A stretch of DNA of 55,009 nucleotides, filler included, from Basidiobolus ranarum (Eukaryota), in the NCBI GenBank assembly GCA_040143965.1. It is 3 parts of 3 records of this genome, joined end to end, with 100 filler letters (N's around TTAATTAATTAA, not from the genome) between each part and the next. Parts side by side here need not be neighbours in the genome. Positions count along the whole stretch, not along the records: positions 1 to 18,323 come from JASJQH010000279.1; positions 18,424 to 36,721 come from JASJQH010000280.1; 1 more part is not named here. One strand, 5' to 3'. This document shows, piece by piece, positions 13,778 to 23,807 of the stretch. Position numbers and translations under genes: made by a program. The notes beneath the pieces were generated by a model. The model was given only the letters and a program-made list of their open reading frames with translations. It was not told the DNA's origin and did not search any database. Position 1 is the first letter of the stretch, and every line of letters begins with the position of its first letter.

Positions 13778-14968
13778 GATCGCACATAAACAGCGAACAA
13801 TACGACATTAATCACTGAGTGATTTAATGCTAAGATGCCAAATGTCGAATATCTCAGAGCATTTTAAATTTTTGGCTAAATTCTATCATATCTGTAAACT
13901 TAAAATATACATCCTATTGTGATACTAACTCTTTTTCAACCATATGCATGTCAATAAAGTATTTTCATAAATGTACAATATCTAACTTGGGTATCTACTG
14001 CAGAGGATTCTAGTAATTACAGTAAAATTACATCATTTGGTGCTACAATTATTTGTTCTCTTTTTGTCCAATCGCCAGATATATGATATCTAAAATTCTC
14101 CAGCATTTGTATTATTCGCAAAATTTATTAAAGTCCAGGAAAGCAGTCTTCGAATCTTCACAGTAGAATGCAGCTAGATATTTCATGTAGTAAAAAATGA
14201 ATAATGTGTTGCTTACTAATAGATAGCATAGAATAGCTCATATTTGCATTGATGATTGAATTTGCAATGTACATAATGCCACTTACATCTACAGCAAATT
14301 ACTTTGTTGTGAATTTTGCATGCAATATTACCATATTCATTATTCACAAGTCTTTACAGCTAGATTACAAATGTCCTGTATGTGCAAGATAACCTGACCA
14401 TGTGTGCTTCATTGAAGTGTCTGCACATACATATTTATGATATACTATCAAAGCAAATGTTGCTATTAGAAGGTGCATATAATAGTTTTTTGTAAGTAAT
14501 TTTCTAGATATTCAATGAGCCACATTCTCTAAAGATATCGCAAGATGTATCCCTAAGATTAAGACTTATTCCTATACAATTTCCAAAGTTCAACTTGTTT
14601 TTACACTTAATGATATTTTATCACTCGCTACATTCACAACTAATATATATCTAATAAACTACAACTAAGCACAAGAAGGCAGTTCTATTTCATACTAGAT
14701 TTGTATACCATCAGCTTCATAGCTCTAGTTTAGGGTCAGTTATGTATATTCTGAAGAGTGTTGAAATAACCTTGTAAATGTTTCAATGGTAGTCAAGCCT
14801 CGCAATAACAAAGGAGCGCCATTTCCCCCGATTTATTTATCAGGGCAAATTCCAATATATCTGAATCTAGGTCATCCTTGTGGATATGAATGTCACAAAC
14901 ACTATCGCTGAAGGTATTCAATTAAAAAATATACAAATGGAAATGGGCAACGTGAATGTTCTAATTAA

Positions 14969-17900
14969 CTACTGTAATGATGCACAATGATTAGCAGGAA
15001 ACCAGCCTATTTGCCCGTTTTCTGCATCTTCACCATACCACATGGTTCTGAGTTCCTCACTCTCTTCAATTTTACTCACTTGAAGAACGGAGTGAAGTGT
15101 CAAATCAATTTCGTCCGGATATTCCGCTTGAAACGGGTGTATAACTGTACACCTAAATGATACCAAGTCACTTCTACGTGGTGAGGTTACGAGTGTAGTA
15201 ATATCGCCAATAGAATCCGCCACAAAGCTTGAATTTCGACTTGAAGGAACAACTTCTTCTGGAATAACTTGTTCATCATAAAGTTGCCGCGGAAATGGTC
15301 TCAAACCTAATGATTGATTTCCATTTGAAACTTGCATCATAAGACAATAAAAATTTAGCCTTAATACGAAGATTATAAAAAACTATAGAAACACTATATT
15401 TTACCTGATCTGGTGGTGAGCCATCGCGTACGATTCATATTAAGTTTAGCTAAAAGTCCAGAATTGTATAAGCATACTAAGACGTAAAGAGTTCATGAAA
15501 ATAAATCTATAGTACTCACCTTTTCGAGGCTTACTAAGTCTTTTTAAAGAATAGAATTTACTAGATACATCTGTTTCGCTTGGGTAAGGAGATTTCAGAC
15601 TAGGTGTTCGGCCTACCAATGTAATAGAATATCAATGACCTGCAAATGTCCAAGAGAATCAACTTAATTATACCAAATGGTGCACGAACTGAAGAGTTGC
15701 CATCTAAGTAAAGATCAGGCGGTACTTCATTTTGAAGAATATGTTAAAATCGATGGTTTTGATAACTATACTTAGTACTACTAACAATTGTCCTCCTTTC
15801 TAAGCAATTGAATCTCATCAAGCTGCTGCTGAAAACCTCCTTCGCATTCCAGAGATTGACAATAATCCTGAATAATATTCCCCAGATTGTAATTGTGTGA
15901 CTCATGCGGAACTAGGAGCTGATAGACATGTTCAAGCTCTAGAGCGAGTTCTTGATAAAAACGACTTTGAATATTTGCTATCACTTTGACCATTATGTTA
16001 TAATATTGAGTCGTCAGTCCAAAAAATTTTGGAAGCTCATCCTGTAATTGAGCGTTAATTGCGACATAATCGTTAACAGATTTCTCAAGTGCAGTATCGG
16101 GCTATTGTAAGGAAGATTTAGCTGTTGGTCCTTGGATATAATCATCGGTAAATATCTAGTATTACCTTGTCTCCTCTTGACTTGATACTCCGCGCTCTGT
16201 CATAATCAAGGAGTTTTTGCTCCCTTTTTCTGATAACAGATTGGGGCTTCTGGAAGAGATTCAAAAATGCTTCAATCTGTGGAATAATTAGGGATTTTAT
16301 GCTAAAATCCTAGATAGAAAAACCCCTATAAGAAAATTGTTGACACTATGTGACGTAGAGCAAGACTTACAATCTTTTGTTGAGCTCTCATATAGATTTT
16401 AGCCATAGAAATGAGATATTCTTTGGCTTGTATCTCGAGCCCTCGTTTGTATCGATCTCCTAAATTGGCACCCGCGTACATCCTCTCCATCATCTCCGCA
16501 AATTTCATTTGCTTGTCAAGGTATTCTACAAGCGATATTAGACCTCTGACAATATAATTGATAATTAGAGTATATTGAATAAGGTACCTAATACCCGACA
16601 TCTCCAATTTTCTGCATTAGTCACAAGATTCTTGGCTCCACACTGTTGATGTTCAAATTTAGCAAGAAAGTGGTCGAACAGTATATCAGTCTAAAAGCGT
16701 ACATATAATATTTTCATTTAATTTGGCTCAAGGGCTACTAGACATGTAACAACGAACCGTAGCATCCTGCAATCCAGCTGCTTGCTTAATCTAAGCAAGA
16801 TACCTCTGTTAGTAAATCAATATACATCGACAAATAAGGTATCAAGTAAATACCTGCTGAGTTCTTCTAGTGATTATCTTGTTGATACCGTGACTAAAGA
16901 CTGCTTCTTTCTTTTTGATCCCAACAATAGTTTCCACAATATCTTTACGTTTCTTAATTTCATTTATGCGCTCCGCTACTTTCTGGATATCCTGATTTAC
17001 GCCTCTCAAACAGTCAAAATCTGAATCTGACTCTGGAGTGAGCAACAATATTTGCTGTTGATTTGAAAGGGCTTGATAATTAGTATTGAGGTGGGAATGC
17101 TGGGAGAAACATATTGGCAAGAGATACCTGAAGTAGCAGAGGATATTTAAGGACTCTCTGAACAGGCTTAATTAATAATGAGCCAAAATCCCAACTAGTC
17201 GTTTGACCCTTCATCTCTTCCTTACAACTCTGTGGATTCAAAAATAGTATCCAATTATATTCAGTAATTCAGTATATGAATATATATATGCATCGAATAA
17301 GAAAAACCTCAAAGAAATCGGTAGCAATTCGACTGCTCTGCAATTCGTTTAACCGAATCACCGCAGACTCGTGGGCTTTACAATAGTTACAATATACTGT
17401 TTCTAGCTTGGGCATCTAAAAAGGAATATGTTGAGCAGCTAGCTACCCTGTATATACATCGATAGTTTTATACTTGCCATTAATGAAAAGGCTTCACCAA
17501 CCCATTTCGAAGATTTCTCGGCTTCAACGGTTACCTCACTAGACAATGCTTTAAGTAGCTCACAAAACCTTTCAGTGAAGTCGATCATTTCTGGTAAATT
17601 ACAGAATAAAGTTGCCATATCACGCGACTGAAATATTTCAGACTTCTGTGCTCTCTGATAATAAATCTATGATAGAATAACAGTTGAATTTAGGTGTCAG
17701 ACTTTCATCGTAGAGTAATAACGCCTACCTTGTCTAAGATATGTAAATCTTTCAGGTATGAAGCTTCTGTTTCAATCAATTCCTCTACGACTTTCGATTT
17801 CTTCTCTAGTTGCTTATATTCCTGGTCACTTGCAACACTATCAGCAATCGAAACAGCATGTAATGATTCACTCGAGTAACTCGTCGGTTGGTCAAGAGAT

Positions 17901-18323
17901 GGTGGAGAGGGGTGGTGGGAAGTATCTGTATCATTAAAAGTACCAGGCTTCGAATCGCTAACGGATGTGGTATTACTGAAAATTTGATCGAGTTTTGTTG
18001 ATATGTTCTTGTCAGGTTGGATTTTCCCAACACTTGTGTAGGCATACCCTCTGGGTCTACTTATTCGTGTAGATGAAAAAGGTGAAGATAAATTACTTCT
18101 GACGTATTCTGATGGTGCATGTGAGATACTGGAGTAGTTGTCTGAAGTTGTACCAGAATTTATATTAGAGTTGCTGGGCAATTTTTTAGTACCATTTGAC
18201 GTCCATCGACGCAAAGGTGGTGGGGCTGGTGGCTTTCTCTTCGAAACTGTAAGAAAGGGTGTTGGATGCTTAGAAATATCAGCAACTATATCTTTTGACG
18301 TAGTAGGCAGTGTGGTGGTATTA
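14969..18323 (-). CDS. RhoGEF with DH, BAR and SH3 domains (Tuba/DNMBP, S. pombe Gef1-like); 5' end lost in the gap
   Basis: Multi-exon. DH motifs VVEELIETEASYLKDL, LLIKPVQRVLKYPLLLQ, INEIKKRKDIV; BAR-like KREQKLLDYDR and DYVAINAQLQDELPKF; SH3 HPFQAEYPDEIDL...GWFPANH. Confidence 0.87.
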
Positions 18324-18423
18324 NNNNNNNNNNNNNNNNNNNNNNNNNNNNNNNNNNNNNNNNNNNNTTAATTAATTAANNNNNNNNNNNNNNNNNNNNN
18401 NNNNNNNNNNNNNNNNNNNNNNN
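18324..18423. other. Artificial assembly linker (44 N + TTAATTAATTAA + 44 N)
   Basis: Exactly 100 bp; the 12-mer gives stops in all six frames; identical structure at 36722-36821. Confidence 0.97.
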
Positions 18424-18857
18424 CTTCTTGTCTCTTTTCTTGTAAGCTTCCAATAAAGAAAGGTCAGAAGGTTCCTTTTCATCTCCAGAGACTACATCCC
18501 AAAGCTCCCTGTCTTCTAGCATGATTTGCATCTTGAACTCCCAGAAATTGTAATTTTCTCCATCAAGCTTTTCAACACTTGAGTTAATAAAAGTGGTAGT
18601 AGTGGTTTCTGTCATGCTGTAAAGGTTCAAACATGGGGCTCATAACCTATTGGGAAAATATGGGCTGTTTGGAGGAACTTTAGAAAAGTGGAGTTGTGAA
18701 TAGCTTTGTGAGATAATTATTTATTGTCCAGCAATAAAACATTTATATATCTTTTGGTGGAAATACAGAAAACTAACACTTGGGTTGTGTTCAGAACATC
18801 TGTGGGAGTAAAAGAGCTATTTTTGGGGAAATTTTGACAAGTTTGAAATTTCCAATA
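18424..18857 (-). mobile_element. Ty1/copia LTR retrotransposon 5' end: LTR (18857-18648), PBS (18647-18636), gag N-terminus
   Basis: gag KLDGENYNFWEFKMQIMLEDRELWDVV (DUF4219/Retrotran_gag_2-like); minus-strand PBS GGTTATGAGCCC directly after the LTR; ~210-bp LTR with imperfect inverted termini tattgggaaa...tttccaata. Confidence 0.88.
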
Positions 18858-19590
18858 TGGAATTGCTAATTCTCACTTTATTCACATATATATAATATAT
18901 GTTCTGATTTGCAGTTAAGTGATATTAGACTAAGTAATCTTAACTAACTTATATTTGATATATGAAATAGTTAGGTGTATAAAGATAGATATACAATATG
19001 ATAAAAACAATAAACTTCAACATGCCTTCTCTGGCCATGAACTGTTGAAGCTTGTCTAAAATAGGACTTTTTATATGTTGATGTAGGAACAGTCACCATA
19101 AATATATGGGACACCAGAGGCTAATTGATTTTTAAAATCAGTGTGCCTGTAATATTTACCTCCAACAAAGCTAAATTTATTTACACTGATTTTACTACTG
19201 TATGGTGTGACTCAAAATGATGAACTAGAGATTTTTCATTGCATGGAGTACATGGGGTATAAGCATGATGATGGGAACAAAGGGTATTCTTATGTCAGTT
19301 ATTGACAGTTTATTAAATCAATCGAAATTCCCAAAAGTAACTCGATAACTGAAAATAAGAGTGGCAAACAACTGAATCAAATCACGAGCTGAACTTTAAA
19401 TAGCTCCTTTCTTGCCATAATAATATTCAGGTATTTTAATCAGTTTGGAATATGAACACTGTTTCTTTCAAATCCATTGCATCAAAGGATTATGTAATGT
19501 AAGGTAACTAGTGGTAGTTGAGAGCAGCTCGCTACCTATTAGTACTTATTGAGTCGCAGATTTTTGTAAACTGATATAGTGCATAGCAAA

Positions 19591-19645
19591 TGTTGATTTA
19601 ATAGTATCCATGCTGTGTTGATTTAATAGTATCCATGCTGTGTTG
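19591..19645. repeat. Perfect 25-bp tandem duplication
   Basis: TGTTGATTTAATAGTATCCATGCTG x2 followed by TGTTG. Confidence 0.9.
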
Positions 19646-20046
19646 GACAGTCTGATATTGAATCATACATATTACACACCGGTGGTATCAAAAGAAAATC
19701 CTAGCCATTTAAGAAATGAAAAGTGAGTGGTAGTGTCATCATATAGCAATAGTAGATATATCATACCCTTTGTCCATTTAATGAGCAAAGGTAAAGTATG
19801 TGTTTTACTAATTTATATGTTGATATAACGTGATATTCCTTCGGTTGACCACATACACTTAAAACACGTTCTACTGAATAGGATGGATGAGGCTTTCACA
19901 TACCACACAAATCTTCACCACTTCCTAGTAGCTGACCCTAACTCTAACTCTAATGCTATTGATATTTTAAGCTATGATACTGGGATGATTTATTGCCATG
20001 TATATCTAATGGTATCTGTGGCATATTATCTTTTCAAGTTGCGGAA

Positions 20047-20114
20047 TGTCCATTACAAAGTGCTTATTAGTAAATAGATTTGTCCATTACAAAGTGCTTA
20101 TTAGTAAATAGATT
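20047..20114. repeat. Perfect 34-bp tandem duplication
   Basis: TGTCCATTACAAAGTGCTTATTAGTAAATAGATT x2. Confidence 0.9.
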
Positions 20115-20877
20115 ACATATATCATCGCTATATATTTACCGATAGGATGACTCCATTGGTTAAATATTTCTCTGGAACAATGTTGGCTGAGATCTAACCC
20201 TTACACGCCGACGACTCACCACCCTGTGAGTATTTCTATGGCGACACATATTGCGATATAAAGCTCTTTTCTTGACTACTAATTCTGAAATGATGTTTGT
20301 ATGTGATCCATCAGTAATTAATCGTATATCACACATTCTGACCAAATGAGGTAGCTATTGGCGATAAATAGATTCAATAAATATTCTGCTATGCAATGAG
20401 AATACTTGGTCACTCACTTGCTTATAAGTCAGATGTGTTGATAGTGTATATGTGTCCTAGTTGAACTCGGTGATGACGTTCAAACCGTGCTCGTAAAGGA
20501 ATAGTAAGCAAAGAGGTATTAGATACTGGTATCACATACGGGTAGATACAAAGAACAACCAGCTAAGCGGAAACCTGATTGTCTCATCTAATGATAGCTT
20601 TATTTATAGCCCACTTGAGCAAATCAGCCTATTAGCAAGAATGCATTATAGTTAAGCATCCTGACGTATATTAATTTCTCCATTTTCCTAGGTGATTTGA
20701 TACCACAGATCCTGGATGATCAGAACCTTCTATCAGCCGAGGTGAAACTTCCAATGGTTTCTGACTTGTGCTTTCCTGATTTCTACAAATTTGTCAATAG
20801 GCTTGTTAACAAGTGATTTTAGCAATATAAGTATCATCTGCTCTCTACATTTGCTTTCATTCAAAACTTCTTTATCC

Positions 20878-23424
20878 ATGCGCATCCATTCATTGGTAAT
20901 TTTTCTAATTGGTTTATCAACATACAATGAGGCAACGCTAATGAAGAGAACCTCGGTTAACATCAATCGCAATACTGATAGGAACGAAGCTTTCATCATA
21001 GAGTTGGAGGGCTTTAGTGAAGATACCGAGGAGAATATTCGAATGCAGGAGAGTCTCTTGGCCGAAATCAACTCAGCTGGTATACCTTTTGTCAAGCGAG
21101 TTAGTTTCTCTAATATCTTCAATGCTCTCTCTATGAACATTCAATCAAAGCACTTGGATTTCTTACATGAACTTCCTCAAGTTAAAGCCATATGGCCGGT
21201 AGTACTGCATCAAAGGCATGCTCCTATACCATCATCACGACCTCATGAGAGTCTCCCATCAAATCTGATAACGAATACTCATGTCGCTACTTCAGTTGAT
21301 AAAGTACATAGCCAGTTGAATAATACTGGTTCTGGTATCAAGGTGGGAATCATCGATTCAGGGGTTGACTACAGGCATCGAGCACTAGGTGGTTGTTTTG
21401 GCGTCAATTGCCGGGTTCAATACGGGTGGGATTTTTTAGGCGATAGCTTCAATGATGTGGCGGATGAAATGAAACCAGATCCAGATCCTATGGACTGTAA
21501 TGGGCACGGCACCCATGTAGCAGGAATTATTGGTGGTAAAGAGGAGAACTTCGTGGGCGTAGCTCCTGATGCTATTCTTGGAGCTTATCGTGTCCTTGAC
21601 TGCAATGGATTTGGACCTAGTGATGCTATTATTCAAGCAGTTGAAATGGCGATCAGGGACAAGATGGATATTATCAATCTATCTTTGGGGTTTAATAGCC
21701 CTTTTCCGGATGGTCTGGAGGCTAGGATTTTGGATCATGCCACTAGTATGGGAATACTAGTCATAGCAGCAGCTGGAAATGAAGGTATTGATGGTCAATG
21801 GACGATTGGAAGCCCTTCCACAGGCTCAAGTGTTATTAGTGTTGCATCCTTCGAAAGTCCATCTTATCCAGGAAAGAAGATAATACTAGACCAATTTCCA
21901 CAAAATGAAATCATCATTGGCCATGATGCAAGGTGGCCAATATCCTTTGCAAAAACTCGGATTATAGCTATCGAATATGACGGTTGTAATCCCACTCCTT
22001 CTAAACTGGATGGAGCAATAGTATTTATCAATTCAAATACAACAACTGACACCTGTTCAAGAGCCAGGAAACTTTTGGTCGCACAAATGGCTGGAGCAGT
22101 GGGAGTAATATTGGATTCTACATTAAATGAGCCCAATGTGCCGAATTCAGGGCCAGTTCAAATACCGATCATGGGCGTTGACGCAAAAGGCTCTTCCTAT
22201 CTTTTATCAAAGCTACTTCAAAATTCCAACTTGACCGTGACATCCTTAGGCGAGAATCAGCTGTATCCTAATCCGCATGCTAATAAACCATCTTCTTTTA
22301 GCTCTTGGGGGCCTGATTTCGAACTGAATTTAAAGCCAGATATTGCTGCTCCAGGCGGAAATATATACTCTACTTATCCATTAGCATTCGGAGGCTACGC
22401 ATATCTTAAAGGGACCTCTATGGCCGCCCCATATTTGGCTGGATCCAGTGCTCTCATCTTAAAGGCTCGTAGAGACGCTCAGATCAACTCTAGTATAGAT
22501 GCTCTTCGTGGTGTAATCATTTCATCTGGTGTACCAACTTTTGATAATGAGCAAACAAACCCTTATATTCCCGTAGGAAAACAGGGCACTGGTATAATTA
22601 ATGTTTGGAACGCGATTCATTCAACCACGCTGGTGAGCCCTCAGAAGATCTCTTTGAATGATACGATTAGAGCAAACTTGAAGCATGCCTTAACTATAAC
22701 TAATACTGGCGTCAAGGCTACCAGCTATAGAATCACCCACCACCCCTCTTTATCGGTGAATGGCTATGATACCCGTGGACTTCCTGTAAAGTCGCAAAAT
22801 TTCTTATTTTCCCAAGAGTTGGGACAAGTTTTTTTCGATACTCCGCAGGTTACCTTAGAACCAGGACAGTCAACTCAAATCACTTTGCAATTCGTACCAC
22901 CCACATTTACCAGCACTTCGCCATGGATTTACAGTGGATACATATTTGTATCTGATTCAGATGGAACTCCTCCTACCGTTGTTCCGTATGTTGGAGCAGT
23001 GGGTGATATGGGTAAACTCAGCTCGATCCATTCATCCGGGCTATACTCACCTGCATTAGTACACGATGGTTCGCTTAATCCTCAAAGAGCTGAGACAAGA
23101 ACGATTTATAATTTTAAGAAACAAGAAGCGGCCGCATTAATCATTCCACTGATGAATCCAACCAAAGGACTTTCTGTTTATCTAACCAACGATAAAAAGG
23201 ATGTTGTCGGTTGGCTCATATCGCAACCTAACATTGGTCGCTCTCTTGAAGAGCCATTGCAGTTAAATTTCACCGGAAAAGTGATATTCAATGATAGAGG
23301 AACTGAAAAGATCATCACCGTGGCTAATGGGCAATATCACGTTGTAGTGGAAACGTTGAAATCGTTTAGCAACGCTGAATCCGATATCTGGGTTTCTCCT
23401 TTAATTGACGTTATCAATTTTTAG
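20878..23424 (+). CDS. Secreted S8 subtilase with PA insert and Fn3_5-like domain (Vpr/C5a-peptidase/Pr1C-like), intronless
   Basis: Likely start MRIHSLVIFLIGLS (signal peptide); catalytic triad IIDSG, HGTHVAG, GTSMAAP; oxyanion AAAGN; PA-like AQMAGAVGVIL; FSSWGP..LKPDIAAPGG; C-terminal YSGYI. Confidence 0.93.
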   Translation: MRIHSLVIFLIGLSTYNEATLMKRTSVNINRNTDRNEAFIIELEGFSEDTEENIRMQESLLAEINSAGIPFVKRVSFSNIFNALSMNIQSKHLDFLHELPQVKAIWPVVLHQRHAPIPSSRPHESLPSNLITNTHVATSVDKVHSQLNNTGSGIKVGIIDSGVDYRHRALGGCFGVNCRVQYGWDFLGDSFNDVADEMKPDPDPMDCNGHGTHVAGIIGGKEENFVGVAPDAILGAYRVLDCNGFGPSDAIIQAVEMAIRDKMDIINLSLGFNSPFPDGLEARILDHATSMGILVIAAAGNEGIDGQWTIGSPSTGSSVISVASFESPSYPGKKIILDQFPQNEIIIGHDARWPISFAKTRIIAIEYDGCNPTPSKLDGAIVFINSNTTTDTCSRARKLLVAQMAGAVGVILDSTLNEPNVPNSGPVQIPIMGVDAKGSSYLLSKLLQNSNLTVTSLGENQLYPNPHANKPSSFSSWGPDFELNLKPDIAAPGGNIYSTYPLAFGGYAYLKGTSMAAPYLAGSSALILKARRDAQINSSIDALRGVIISSGVPTFDNEQTNPYIPVGKQGTGIINVWNAIHSTTLVSPQKISLNDTIRANLKHALTITNTGVKATSYRITHHPSLSVNGYDTRGLPVKSQNFLFSQELGQVFFDTPQVTLEPGQSTQITLQFVPPTFTSTSPWIYSGYIFVSDSDGTPPTVVPYVGAVGDMGKLSSIHSSGLYSPALVHDGSLNPQRAETRTIYNFKKQEAAALIIPLMNPTKGLSVYLTNDKKDVVGWLISQPNIGRSLEEPLQLNFTGKVIFNDRGTEKIITVANGQYHVVVETLKSFSNAESDIWVSPLIDVINF

Positions 23425-23807
23425 CACTCTTTTATTGGTCCAATTTTGCCAAGTGCCCTCATTGTTTATAGCTGATCTACTGCATTAATAAATAAACTAT
23501 ATAATTATCCAGATCACTTACAACTCGGACTTTGATTTACCGTTACCATCTTGCATGCACTGGCAATTTAACTAACCCATTAGGTCCTAATGAGAGCAGA
23601 TTCCAACGAAATTGAACACAGTAGATACAGAGGGAATGGGAAATCTATTTAGCTGGTTAATTCAAGTATATCTATTCCAGCTATCCATTTCCATATATTG
23701 CAAGTCTTTGATATATCTCCTTCCATGAGGATTCGTGATAAACTCCAGTAACCCCTTTCTTCTGCCTTCCTTTTTAAACGCTTAGTATATACCAGAGATT
23801 CCAAAAT

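Noticed and set aside
18368-18379. Palindromic TTAATTAATTAA between N runs (also 36766-36777)
   Set aside because: Artificial six-frame-stop linker in a fixed 100-bp spacer; not biological.
19591-20114. Direct repeats of CRISPR-like length
   Set aside because: Adjacent copies without spacers, only two copies each, eukaryotic context and no cas genes.
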